Origin: Podarcis erhardii | Taxonomy: Eukaryota | Strand: one strand, 5' to 3' | DNA: 64,000 bases | Assembly (NCBI GenBank): GCA_964252035.1 | Contig: OZ176201.1 | Shown here: positions 1 through 12,075 of the stretch, piece after piece | How positions within the stretch are numbered: position 1 is the stretch's first letter | Layout of the letters: each line of letters starts with the position of its first letter | Notes under the pieces: generated by a model | What the model saw: only the letters and a program-made list of their open reading frames with translations | What the model was told of the DNA's origin: nothing | The model's database searches: none | Program-made: the position numbers and the translations under genes

Positions 1-135
1 TTTAGCAAGTTTTACCGGTGTTATATACCAACATACATCATTTTCATATACTCTTTAAGTGTGGTACATGCAGTAAATTTGAGATCCACCTTCCACAGTT
101 TTCCCCAATCATTCATTTGTATATTATGTCTCCTA
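1..135 (-). mobile_element. L1-clade LINE ORF2 fragment, degenerate, runs off the window start
   Basis: Manual minus-strand translation across two frameshifts gives HNIQMNDWGKLWKVDLKFTACTTLKE/MKMMY/WYITPVKLAK, resembling the C-terminal region of reptile L1 ORF2. Confidence 0.7.
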
Positions 136-1744
136 GGACATGGAGAGCCACATTTTAGACATTAAAAAAAAAAAAAAGATCGCCCAGGATTTTAACTGAT
201 TTTATATCTACTGCTTTTTGTATTTTTACTGTTGCTACAATAATTGCTTTTGTTTCTGATATTTTTGATCTGTTTAATATTTGTTTGGTTCTCTTTTGCA
301 GGCTATCTTGAAAATATATATATATAAAGGCCTACACAGTAAAATCTACTTAATAAAGTGTTTGAGGGGGGAGAGAGAACATTGCGAGGTCAATGTGATG
401 GAAGTGAATCAAGATGCAGTGAATGTATGCATATTACTATTACTATTACTATTACTAATGCCAATGTTCACAAATATAATTCCAGAATGAGCAAAATCTA
501 TTCAATGATAGCTGGATAGCTATTTGTGCATTTTTGGTATTTTGAGTACTCCTGTGGGAACTTCCAATACCTTGCCCATAGGAAGAAAAGAAGCTTTTCT
601 ACGTGCTACACTAACAGAAAATAAAAGAGAAGATATCAAATTTAAAGGCCTAAATCTACCACAGGGCTAGACATATGCGTAATCTCACTGAAACCAACAT
701 GTCTAACTTTTTGATGGATTTAGCCTCAAATTTCTAGCCCTCTTGAGACAAGGAAAACAAAGAAACGCACATTTCAATGTGTATCCTATTTCTTAAATGC
801 AGCCACCATAGGCGTAACACAGGAGCAGGTGCATTAAACACATCTAAGTGAGAATATTTCTCTATCAACTATGAATGCCCTACATCCGTTTTCTAAAATT
901 GTGTGGAAGCACAAGAGTTGCCAGAATTGGGGGGGGGGGGGAGGAATGAGAAGAAAAGCAGCATGCACAAGTAGGGGTGTTTTCCCTCAAATTCAGGAGC
1001 GTTCCATCACCAGTTTGGGGATTCACTGCTGAGAGCTGCAGGTAGAGTAAATGCTTAAAAACTTTGGCACTGTAGAGGGAGGCACCTTTGAATCCTGCTG
1101 CCCCCTGCATTGCCCCAGGCAGCATTAGCCAAGAACCATGCTGTTGTGCTATTTTTCATTAAAATATATATATTGTCCTTCTTTACTCCCAACCCTTTTT
1201 TAAAAAGATGATTTCCCCAAAGTCTTATTGCTCTGATGTATTTGGCACTGTGTTTGCACATCCCAGTTTTATTGGTTGCATAGTATTTCTTGTGATGGGA
1301 CCAAGCTCCGCTTGACTGATATCAGTATGCTAGAATAAAGCTAGACAGCAAGAGATTAGAAAATGTCTCCTATATCTAGGCTGAAAACGTTTGAGGTTTT
1401 TGTTAAAAAAAAGAAAAATATCTTTTATGAACATATATATTCAGGTTCTGAATTCAGACAAGACATTCCTTAAAATGAGCTAGAGGCATAATGCAATTGA
1501 TGTCTCCTTGGAACTAAGTTCCATTGACTTTGATTGTACTTACTCCCTGGTACTGGGTTGCAGTTTATATGTCCTGCTGTGTCCTGTCAGTGCAGGCCTT
1601 GTGTGAGGATTTCCACTTGCACTATGGGGACTTCCCCTCCTCTTCTCCTTTACATTCCTCCAGCAGCAGCACCCCGAAATTGGCTCTGGAGTTGTTGGGT
1701 GAACCCTCAGAACAGCACTTAGGGGGAGGAGAGGGACCAGTGCT

Positions 1745-2295
1745 TGAATGAATGAATGAATGAATGAATCTTTATTTGCATCAGCCATAGCAATAAAACA
1801 ACAATACAATATACAAAGAATAGAAATAAAAATACATTTTAGGGTTTTGAATCAATAGTCAAATAGTGGGTCTTATTCTGATTGCCCCAGCTAAAAACCT
1901 TGCAACCTTTGCTGTCACCTGCTCATCTTGATCTGCCAAGAGAAAGGACACTGTGGCAGTGGTTGGGCAACCCGGAATGGACAATAAAAGAGGGTGATAA
2001 TCTCATTCCTCAAGTCTTTATAAAGAGGGCAAGCCAGAAGGGCATGCGCCACCGATTCGTTACTGCCACCTCCACAGGATATAAGCGTTTTTCATGTGGA
2101 ATCTGTTGGAATTGTCTCTCAAGTACAGCCAACGGCAATACATTCAATCTTGTGAGAGTAGAAGCATGGGACCAATGCTTGTGCTGGCATGACATTCACC
2201 ATAACATGATGTTGAATTCTACCCAAGAAGTCTACCTCCTGAGTACAACTTTCAGTCTCTACCACCAATATCATAACCCACTTCTTATAGTATTG
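1745..2295 (-). mobile_element. 3' end of a non-LTR retrotransposon (Rex1/Babar, RTE-X or L2-related; clade unresolved) with (ATTC)n tail
   Basis: Minus ORF 2010-2195 (LTRLNVLPLAVLERQFQQIPHEKRLYP) resembles a decayed LINE ORF2 C-terminus. It is followed by an AT-rich UTR, GCAAATAAAG and a (TGAA)6 microsatellite at 1745-1768. Confidence 0.6.
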
Positions 2296-2974
2296 GGGGG
2301 ACAGACGTAATTTCAGGACTAAAAATGTAGATAAATGTAGTCACCTAGATTATCTTTAATAGAAAAGGAGGGTATCAATATTGACTAACCTAAAGAAAAT
2401 AAAAGTAAATGCTCTCACACTTGCATTGGAATCACACATTTTATGGTGAAAACTCATTAATATTACCATTGAAGGCAAGGCACCAGGGTAGCCTGGGACT
2501 CACTTGCTATATATGACTTGACATTTACACCTTTATCTTCATCCTGAGAGAGCACCTCTTGTATTTTGTAAATGATGCAGGAACTAGTCCTGTGTATCTC
2601 ATCTGCACAATAGGGAAGCAATTGGGGTTGTTGTGGGGGTTTTTTACCTTATCTTATTGGGGTGAGTTATCTGTTAACCTGACCTCCCCTTGCCCCCCCT
2701 GCCCCCGGTAAGAATAAACCATGAAAAAGAGACTGTTGTCATCACTTTAATTGGAGTCACTGGATAAAATATGCAGATCAGGTAAGTCTGAACCAAATTT
2801 AGAAAGAGTGAATTCCTCAAGCATTCCTATTTGTGAGTTAATCCATCAGGTGTATGACCAAGCTCTTGGTTTAGCTACCTGTCAGATAATGTAATGTGAA
2901 GACAGTAAAGTAAACCACATGACATTCCATGATACATGGATCCTGGGTTTGAGTCATCATGCTGGGTCACAGGT

Positions 2975-3380
2975 GAGGATGGAGGGGAAATTTGGTTCAG
3001 TCTGCGTTTAAAGACAAATTTGCCATTACAAGATGCAAAACAGAAATACAGATGTCCTTTGAAATTCACAATTTTCATAATATTGCCCTGTTGTTCCTCA
3101 GCCAAGCAATGTTTACAAAAGATGTATATATTAATGTCAAGTGTGCACACGAATGCATGTATTAGTGAAAGTAACATGACATATATTAGGGGAAATTGCA
3201 TGCAGAAAAATATATATTTGTCAAAACTGCATACTGAAAAATGTGTTTTAGGAGAAATTCACACTACAATGCTGAAGAATTTTCATTTTTTTAAAAATCA
3301 CAAATTGCTGCAGAAATGGGAAAATTGAGAAACACAGAGAACTAAAACTGATGGATTTGTATTTCTCTGGTCACAAGTTT
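2975..3380 (+). mobile_element. Old non-autonomous DNA transposon-like repeat
   Basis: Starts GAGGATGGAGGGGAAATTTGGTTCAG. The same terminus occurs reverse-complemented at 18925-18955, so the family is repeated in the window. Confidence 0.5.
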
Positions 3381-5027
3381 TGTGGATCTGATGTTTACCA
3401 CTTGATATGATGTCAGTACCATACTAAATAGTTACACTCATGAAGGTTGTGAAAAGAAAGAAAAAGTCCTCTTAAACTCTGCAAATTACAAATGGCCCAT
3501 CTCCTACTTCCTTCAAAAAGAAAAAAGAAATCAAGGGGCGTTGTGTTTTTTTAAGTCATCAGTTATTCAACAGTGGGTTGACAGCCATATTGTATTTACT
3601 TTGCCATGGATAATCCATCAGAGTGAATCAATGTGTTTCATCCCCTACAGTAGTAGCAGAAGTTGCAATGGATGGCCCAGTGAGCAAGAGATGTTGCTTG
3701 GGTGATGGCAGAGGCAGGCAAAGCCATTTGTGATCTAATTGGGGTTGGGAAGTTGATTGAAGTGGAATTTCTTCATACATTATCCAGCAAATGCTTAGGG
3801 TTAAATGGTAGGTTGATAGAAATCAAGGCTGATAGAAATCAAAGCTAGTTTGCAAATTATTCTTGAATCTAAAAATGCTCTTCATAATAATTAATGCTTT
3901 CTAGACTATGGAGAGTTCGTGCAGGTTAGACAGCTACAAACCAGTTATGTTGTTAGTACAAGAAACTGATTGCACCAGCCAGGCTGATGGTGTGAGTACA
4001 AATGGACATGTAGTTGTTAGCATAACCTTTTCCTCATTCTGTAATCCTGCCCTAGTTTGCAACAGAGAAGGCCTCCTAGAAATATTAATTTGGGCATTGA
4101 ATTTTGGCTCATTATCACACATTGCCAGCAGATGTCATTGCTGAGAAGCGCGGTGTTTATCTAACATGAGATCACAGACGGAGGCATCTGGTTGGACCTA
4201 CTGCAATATCTCACCAAGTAGTGGCATCAGCACAGACACATAAAATGTTATTTCACACCATGTTGAAACTTAATTACCATTAAGCTTAAGATATTGTGCA
4301 TACTCCATAGACTGGCTTGTGGGGGATTTTTTAAAGTAACAAATTCTCAGCGATAGTACTTGTGTACAATGTCCATATGTATAAACTGGCAGACAACCTT
4401 AAATATTCTGGATGGTTATTCATCCAAGAGCCCATATGCTAATTTCAAAAGGTGCTGCCTAAGTGAGCACTCATCGTTTTGTTAAATTGAGTGGTATTTT
4501 TGATGCCATTATCATCAGCTGAAACTAGCTTTTTATGTATGCATTTATGGAGCATTTTTATGTATAACACTCTTTACAGATTTACACTCTTTACACTCTT
4601 TACAGATTTAATCTCACCTGTTTACAAGGTTCAAAAAAAGTCAGGTAATATTAAAAGCAGCCCAACTGTCTGCACACTGCAGAAATCAAGACACCTCAAA
4701 AAGTCATTCATTTTAAAAGCTTGTCCACTTTCTGATTTTGCTAAAAGTACTCTGTACCAAGCAATTGTGTTAACCTTCTGGCTGTTAACTTCTGACTAAA
4801 AATCATAATCAAAACCAGGCTACTGGAGAAAGTGCTTGATCATAGAGAAGGAGCAGGTGGATTTATTTGTTACAGGAAGAAAATAAAATACTGTATTTAT
4901 TAAACTCTCATGGTTCACAAATCACATTTTCGTGCAGCTATTCTTATTTCTCTAATTAAATAATGAAGGGAACATTTAAGACACTTTGGTAGCAATGTGT
5001 TGCATTGCTATATGTTTCCTATTGCAC

Positions 5028-5092
5028 CTTCCTTCCTTCCTTCCTTCCTTCCTTCCTTCCTTCCTTCCTTCCTTCCTTCTTTCCTTCCTTCC
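5028..5092. repeat. (TTCC)n microsatellite
   Basis: Directly visible tandem array. Confidence 0.95.
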
Positions 5093-5791
5093 TAGTTCAC
5101 CAGACTCTGCTTGGCCTCAGAAATGTGGTACAGTCCTAACTCTGGCACAGCAGATCCTGACCCAGTAACAGGGCCATTGGCACAGCCTTTCTAAGCATGC
5201 CACAAAGGGCAGAAGCAGGAAGGGGAGGAGGCAGATCGCTGCACCAGCCTATTTCCATGGATTTATAGAGGACATCCCAACGCCAGAACAATTGGGTCTT
5301 TTATTCATTAAGCTACACAGGATCTAGTTAAGATGCAGATGTGGGGAAGCAAAACAGCGACATTATTTTGAGACAAATAAAAAAGGAGTTCTACTCCAAA
5401 TCATTGAATGTTCTAGCAGGAAGGGCTGCTAATGGGCTGCGATTAGTTTGTATTCATTACACTGCACCACTGGTTTTCTTTGTTTCTAAATAGAAACAAA
5501 ATACCTAGTAAGGACAAGAATACAGAGCAGACCTAAGTATTTCTCACAGATCACAGAGGTTCCCAACCCACAAGCACATCCATCCAGAATTATGTAATGA
5601 GAGATTACTACAGCCGGGTGAATGGGTGGGAGCCCTAAAAGCAATACTGTCTCTTCTCACATCCATCAATCATCAGTAACAGAAATCTAAACCTAGGCTT
5701 GATTCCCTTCTCCTACCTCTTTCTATTACTCAAAACAAAATAAAAAAATTCCTCCCAGTAGCACCTTAAAGACCAACTGAGTTAGTTCTAG

Positions 5792-5829
5792 GTATGAGCT
5801 TTCGTGTGCATGCACACTTCTTCAGATAC
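5792..5829 (-). ncRNA. Minimal type I hammerhead ribozyme motif
   Basis: Minus strand reads GTAT-CTGAAGA-A-GTGTGCATGCACAC-GAAA-GCTC-ATAC: core boxes, palindromic stem II, loopless palindromic stem III (AGCT), 4-bp stem I. Confidence 0.75.
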
Positions 5830-5926
5830 ACTCATACCTAGAACTAACTCAGTTGGTCTTTAAGGTGCTACTGGAAGGAATTTTTTTATTTTGTTTTGAC
5901 CATGGCAGACCAACACGGCTACCTGT

Positions 5927-5964
5927 GTATCTGAAGAAGTGTGCATGCACACGAAAGCTCATAC
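5927..5964 (+). ncRNA. Minimal type I hammerhead ribozyme motif
   Basis: CTGAAGA 5931-5937, stem II palindrome 5939-5952, GAAA 5953-5956, predicted cleavage after C5960, stem I GTAT/ATAC. Confidence 0.78.
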
Positions 5965-6866
5965 CTAGAACTAACTCAGTTGGTCTTTAAGGTGCTACTG
6001 GAAGGAATTTTTTTTTTTTTTTTTTTTTTTTTGACCATGGCAGACCAACACGGCTACCTATCTGTAACTAACTCTTTCTATTACTGTAACTTCCACTCTC
6101 TGCCTGCTTTACATCCAATGTTTCCCAGGAATGACTAGCTTTAAATATCACTTATACCCGTAGGCAGAGGGAGAACAATAATAAAAGCGGAAGAAACTAG
6201 GTCATTTAAATGACCTGATAAAACTGGTAGGGACACCGCATTAAATGGCAGCCTGTCTAAAACTGGAACAGCACAATGTCCTCTTGGCTCGCACATAGCT
6301 GCCTGTCTATTCTGCTTTTTACCAGCAGTCTATAAAGCAAAGAAGAAATGGGCTGAGCTGTTTGGTAACTTCAGGAATCAACTGGGCTTTTCAGATCAAG
6401 GCTCAGTATGTTCTTCTTTCCCAGCTCATGATCTTGACCCAATTTCTTCACTAATTTTTGGCAGAGTTGTTGAAAGGAGCAGGATGGTTTAGTGTCAAAT
6501 GCGAGGGGCAGAAGGGACAGAAGGACAGCTCCCCAGGCCAGGTTGGAAAAGACTGGATCCTAAGATCTCACAAGGAGAGATCGGATCACAGAAAGGGCAC
6601 TCCAGCTGCTTGCTAATGGTAAGGAACTTTTTTTATTGATTTCCTCTCCTCCTGCATTCCACAAATCTGATCCAGAGGATTGTGGCACTGTCTGGAACAG
6701 CATGGGAAGTGGTGCAGGATGCTGGAACAAGGAAGTAGAAAAGCATAGTCTCCCTTCTCTCCATCTGTTGGCAGGAACCTCCTCTGGATCAAAGGCCCTT
6801 CCACAAATGGAGGGACTCCATTCACAGCAGGGTCCAAACCATAGTATATAAATAAAAGAATGAGTA

Positions 6867-7219
6867 AAAGGTAAAGGGACCCCTGACCATTAGGTCCAGT
6901 CGCGGATGACTCTGGGGTTGCGGCGCTCATCTCGCTTTATTGGCCGAGGGAGCCGGCGTACAGCTTCCAGGTCATGTGGCCAGCATGACTAAGCCGCTTC
7001 TGGCAAACCAGAGCAGTGCACGGAAACGTCGTTTACCTTCCCGCTGGAGCGGTACCTATTTATCTACTTGCACTTTGACGTGCTTTCGAACTGCTAGGTT
7101 GGCAGGAGCAGGGACCGAGCAACGGGAGCTCACCCCATTGCGGGGATTTGAACCACCAACCTTCTGATCGGCAAGCCCAAGAGGCTCTGTGGTTTAACCT
7201 ACAGCACCACCCACGTCCC
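6867..7219 (-). mobile_element. Sauria SINE, full length
   Basis: Reverse (ACCTTT)-type tail AAAGGTAAAGGGACCCC at the left and tRNA-like head at the right. 13-bp TSD AAAAGAATGAGTA at 6854-6866 and 7220-7232. Confidence 0.92.
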
Positions 7220-7889
7220 AAAAGAATGAGTAGAGTAGATTTTAAAAGCATTGTGTTAAATTTATCCAGAGTATACATTTTCATAAATTAATATGTGTAA
7301 GTGTTAACTCTGCTATAAATATTTGTACCTGATTTCAAATAAGCAAGTTCTCTCCTCAAGCTAACATATTCATACATTCAACGAAATGGATTAGCATTAG
7401 CTAAGTATAATCTAGTCATTTTTGAATGTTATAAAACTGTGCATCATTTCTAAATGGGCTAGATTAACTTCATTGACCACATGGTGCTATGCTGTGCTTT
7501 GCTTTGCCTTTCCTTGTGAGTTCAATATCTTTTGAGTCACCAAGGGAGTCTGCTAGAGAGAACAAAGGAGAGACAGCAGTTGTCATACATGTGATTGTCA
7601 ATGATACTTGGAAATGTAACTGAGAAGTTCTGAATGCCAAATTTGTTAGGTTGGAGGTTGAAATCCAAGGCCCCCCAGGTAACATTTTTAGAAATGCTGC
7701 TTGTTCCAGAAGCAGAGCCAAATAGACTGGAATACTATGAGATCTCTACACATGGATTAAGATTTCTTAGGCTCTGAAAAGTTGTAAATTTTCTGATCTG
7801 TTCCAGGATCTCAAATCTTATATTCACCTTCCTCGTCTGCTCATCTCCTATACACACCAATCCTGACAAGCCAGAAGTACTGTTTTTGG

Positions 7890-8695
7890 GGGACAGGGGG
7901 TGGGTGGGTGTGGGGGACTCCCTGCTCCTGAATGGGGTAACTGTGCCCTCAAGGACCAGGTGCGCAGCCTGGGAGTCATTTTGGACTCACAGCTGTCCAT
8001 GGAGGTGCAGGTCAATTCTGTGTCCAGGGCAGCTGTCTACTAGCTCCAGCTGGTACACATGCTGAGCCCCTACCTGCCTGCAGACTGTCTTGCCAGAGTG
8101 GTGCATACTCTAGCTATCTACTGCTTGGACTACTGCAATGCGCTCTACATGTGGCTATCTTTGAAGGTGAACCAGAAACTACAACTAATCCAGAATGCAG
8201 CAGCAAGACTGGTGGCTGGCTGCTGAGACCATATAACACTGGTCCTGAAATACCAACATTGGTTCCCAGTACGTTTCCGAGCACAAGAAGTGTTGGTGCT
8301 GACCTTTAAAGCCCTAAACGGCCTCAGATCAGTATACCTGAAGAAGCGTCTCCGCCCCCATCATTCAACCCGGACACTGAGGTCCAGCTCTGAGGGCCTT
8401 CTGGCGGCTCCCTCACTGCAAGAAGTGAGGTTACAGGGAACCAGGCAGAGGGCCCTCTTGGTAGTGGCGACCGTCTTGTGGAACACCCTTGCATCATATG
8501 TCAAGGAAATAAACAACTATCCGACTTTTAGAAGACATCTGAAGGCAGTCCTGTTTAGAGAAGTTTTTACTGTTTGAAGTTTTATTCTTTTTTTAATGTT
8601 CTGTTGAAAGCTGCCCAGATTGGCTGGGGAAACCCACCCAGGTGGGCGGGGTAGAAATAATAAATAAACAAATTATTATTATTATCATTATTATA
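7890..8695 (+). mobile_element. L2 LINE 3' fragment
   Basis: Decayed ORF2 C-terminus (DYCNALY, LIQNAAARL, ORF 8290-8577 LVLTFKALNG...FRRHLKAVLF), then a 3' UTR and (ATT)n tail. Confidence 0.9.
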
Positions 8696-8989
8696 CCATG
8701 CTACCTCCCCCCTTCTAGTTCTTCCATATAAATTCTTCCTATGCCATTTCATCTCCAGCTAGACTCTGTGACATCTTGTGGTGATGTGCATTTGACCATT
8801 CATCACCATTGTGGTGATGTGCATTTGACTCTTTGCACACCTCTTAAGGGATACAACTCTCAAAACTGTCTTTCCTCCATGCATTTTGTATGGGGAAAAC
8901 TCTACGTTACACATTTCTATTTTATGCTTTCTCTTCTTCAGAGCACTTTATATGCTCAGTTATAGTCATTATCAGATGATTGTATGTAA

Positions 8990-9116
8990 CTAACATGGTG
9001 CCCTCCAGATGTTGTTGGACTACAATTCCCATCATTCCTGACAATAGGTCATGCTGGCTGTGGCTAATAGGATTTGTAGTCCAACAACATCTGAAGAGCA
9101 CCATATTGCCTACCCC
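8990..9116. mobile_element. Short palindromic hAT-like MITE, decayed
   Basis: Internal inverted repeat CAGATGTTGTTGGACTACAA / TTGTAGTCCAACAACATCTG; same family as 49373-49508 and 52717-52854. Confidence 0.75.
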
Positions 9117-9475
9117 AATATAGCTGAAACCTCTGAGGTTAGACGACTTATTCTCTGGAAGCACGCTCCTAGAATTTTAGGGCACACAACATTTTATCAA
9201 TATTTTAGTATTGATTTTATGTCATAAGTTGGTGGAGAACAGCACAGGCTTTGCATTCAATAGATATGCAGCTAATGACACCAGTTAAAGCAGATCCTGC
9301 AAGCTTGAATCTCACAGGAATCCACAGAAAGACCCTTGCTGAACAAATAGTGTTGCTGATAAAATAGAAATAATCCCAGAGAAACCCAATGACTGGAAAA
9401 CATCACAGTCAAATGATGGGCCTTAAATTACTATTTTGCATAATAAATGTATATTAAGGCACCATAGTTAAGGTG

Positions 9476-9803
9476 GACTGCAAGAAGATCAAACCTATCC
9501 ATTCTTAAGGAAATCAACCCTGAGTGCTCACTGGAAGGACAGATCATGAAGCTGAGACTCCAGTACTTTGGCCACCTCATGAGAAGAGAAGACTCCCTGG
9601 AAAAGACCCTGGTGCTGGGAAAGATGGAGGGCACAAGGAGAAGGGGACGACAGAGGACAAGATGGTTGGACAGTGTTCTCGAAGTTACCAGCATGAGTTT
9701 GACCAAACTGCAGGAGGCAGTGGAAGACAGGAGTGCCTGGCGTGCTCTGGTCCATGGGGTCACGAAGAGTCGGACGCGACTAAACAACTAAACAACAACA
9801 ACA
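9476..9803 (+). mobile_element. Bov-B (RTE-clade LINE) 3' fragment
   Basis: ORF 9546-9791 KLRLQYFGHLMRREDSLEKTL...GVTKSRTRLNN is the Bov-B RT C-terminus. (CAA)n tail; 10-bp TSD AGTTAAGGTG at 9466-9475 and 9804-9813. Confidence 0.93.
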
Positions 9804-9824
9804 AGTTAAGGTGAGTCGGTATTT

Positions 9825-9965
9825 TCATGATGACTTGCATGTGGAAGATCCCCGCTTCAATTCCTAGCATCTCCAGGCAGGGCTAGGAAAGATAGCTGCA
9901 GCGTAGACAAAACTGAGTTAGATGGATCAATGGCCTGACTTGGTAGAAGGCAGCTTCCTATGTTA
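9825..9965 (+). mobile_element. tRNA-derived SINE, old and partial
   Basis: B-box-like segment followed by GCATCTCCAGGCAGGGCT and tail GGCAGCTTCCTATGTT; shared with 11895-12075 and 28088-28262. Confidence 0.6.
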
Positions 9966-11894
9966 CTAAACAGATGCATAACCCCCTTGACCACCTGCCC
10001 CCAGTCTGGCATCTCTCACTGCATCCACAGCTTCTTTTTCCCCATATACAGCCCATTGCCATGGAGGCATGCCATTCTCCCCAGTCCCAATGAAAGTGTA
10101 TAAGGAAAGCACAGGGTCAGTGTGCCAGAGACGCCATGGTGTCATGAGCTTAAGTGTTCCCCAGCCTGTGAAGGAAGAGGGTTGGAGCCGAAAGATCAAG
10201 GGGGGGGGATGTGGATACATGGAGGCTAAGTTGTAAATGAGCTCAATGGAACTGTAGGGCATGTTTACTGCTTGCATGATAAATGCAAGTGCCTTAAATT
10301 ACAACTTCCATGGTATCTGAAGCAGGAGTGCATTTGTAAGCACTTTTACTCTTCTTTTAAACCAAAGGTGTGTTGTTGTTTTTTAAATCCTATATTTAAA
10401 AAGTGTGGATGCAACCACAGCAGTCAGCATGTGACTAGAGAAACTGTTATTTTTCTCAATCCTTTAAAAATATTTAATTTGGGGAATTTCTGTGCTTGGC
10501 ATATTTTCCAGCTAAGGGGATTTGCTATGTGCAGGTGCAGCTGATTACAGTGGAACTTTTTTTATATAAAAAAAGACACCTTGTCAAAGTTTAGCAGAAT
10601 GGCTGCAAACATCAACCTGGTCTTAAAACCGCAAATGAGAAAATAATGTGAGCAGATAATGTGTTCGGCTATTTAAGCTTCGTTTTCTGCTTTTAAATAG
10701 TTTGGAGCTGATCACTTGCTATACAAATTTATGAGGGTGTTTGGTTTTTCTTTAATTTGACCACAATTAGATCAGTATGAAAATGCAGAACATGCTAGTC
10801 AAGAATGAGCTTAGTTAATCTTACGCTGATGTTGTGCTTGCTGTTGTGAAGCCTCACTATTAAAGGGTAATTCATTCTGTGCAGCCAGTTAATAATTAGG
10901 TGATTACATAGCAGAACGAGCAGGAGCCACTCATTTCTACATAACAGGGTGTAGGAACTGATCCATTCATTACTTGGACCTGCGTCTTTTTAATTCTCAA
11001 ATAAAGGGCTTTGTAGCACACAAAATATCATGAAAAGAATTTATGGAGAAACAGTAACTAGATTTTGAAAACTGAAAACCTTACAATTGGGGGGCAAGGC
11101 TTTGAAACAGACGCGCGCACCACCCCAAAGTGATACATTTCAAAAGTAAATCAATCTTCAACTATCAAAGTAGTTTTACTATTTTCCACTAATAATCAAA
11201 AACTGCTAAATTAAAATGGAGAGAATCTGAGACATCCCTAATAACTCCCTGCAACTTATAAATCATTAATTAATTTAATTATTCTAGAACAATGAATATG
11301 AGATTCCTGGATTTTAATCATTTTTTCATCAGGCTCTCCAATCAAGTCTTCTTAGATCCTAAATAATTCATAAAGAATTAAATCCCTGGCCTCAGTGGAG
11401 GCAATAGCAATGTTCCCTCGTGGTTCATTGGCACCCCTGACTCCATCCATCCGCTGATATTTTGTGCAAAGGAACTACACGAACACCTTAGTCATTATAT
11501 GTCCGTTAACATTTGTAGTAAGGTAGCATTAGGAGTCACTTAGTAGTGTACTGTAGAGGGGTCAGAAATCATTCCCAATATTGTTTTCCTTTGTTGCCAA
11601 CTATATTTCAAATCAGTTGTGTGTGTTTTGGGTTTTTTGCAATAATGTTTTCATGTTTTGAACATTTGGGATGGGAAACACTAGCAACTAAGGATGTCAA
11701 ACATTGTGGCCTGTTATCTAGGCAGCTTGGCATTTTAATAAATGGGTACGTTTTTTGATCAACATCAAATATTTCTTTGGAAAAATAATGATAATGGTCA
11801 GGATAAAAAATATACATGTGAGTTTCTGTTTTATTTACTTCTCAGGGACAGGTCATTAAGCCTTTTTGTATTTGTGGGCCAGAAAATGTGAATC

Positions 11895-12075
11895 TGCCTT
11901 ATGCTGTGTTTATCCATCCAGCTATTGGTCCATCTAGCTCAGTATTGACCACCTTGACTACCTGAGTTTCAGGTGAGAATTTCTCACAATCCTACCTGGA
12001 GATGCCAGGGATTGAACCTGAGACCTTCTGCATCCAAAGCATTTGCTGTGCCACTAAACTACAGCCTCCCCTTCC
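11895..12075 (-). mobile_element. tRNA-derived SINE, old
   Basis: CCTACCTGGAGATGCCAGGGATTGAACCTGAGACC is the reverse complement of a B-box-containing SINE head. Confidence 0.7.

Larger units (their letters stand above)
5731..6071 (+). mobile_element. Penelope-like-derived short element: one inverted arm plus a tandem pair of sense units
   Basis: 14-bp TSD CTCTTTCTATTACT at 5717-5730 and 6072-6085. The inverted arm 5731-5831 is the reverse complement of the sense unit. Sense units begin at ~5832 and ~5925. HHR motifs occur on both strands. Confidence 0.85.
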
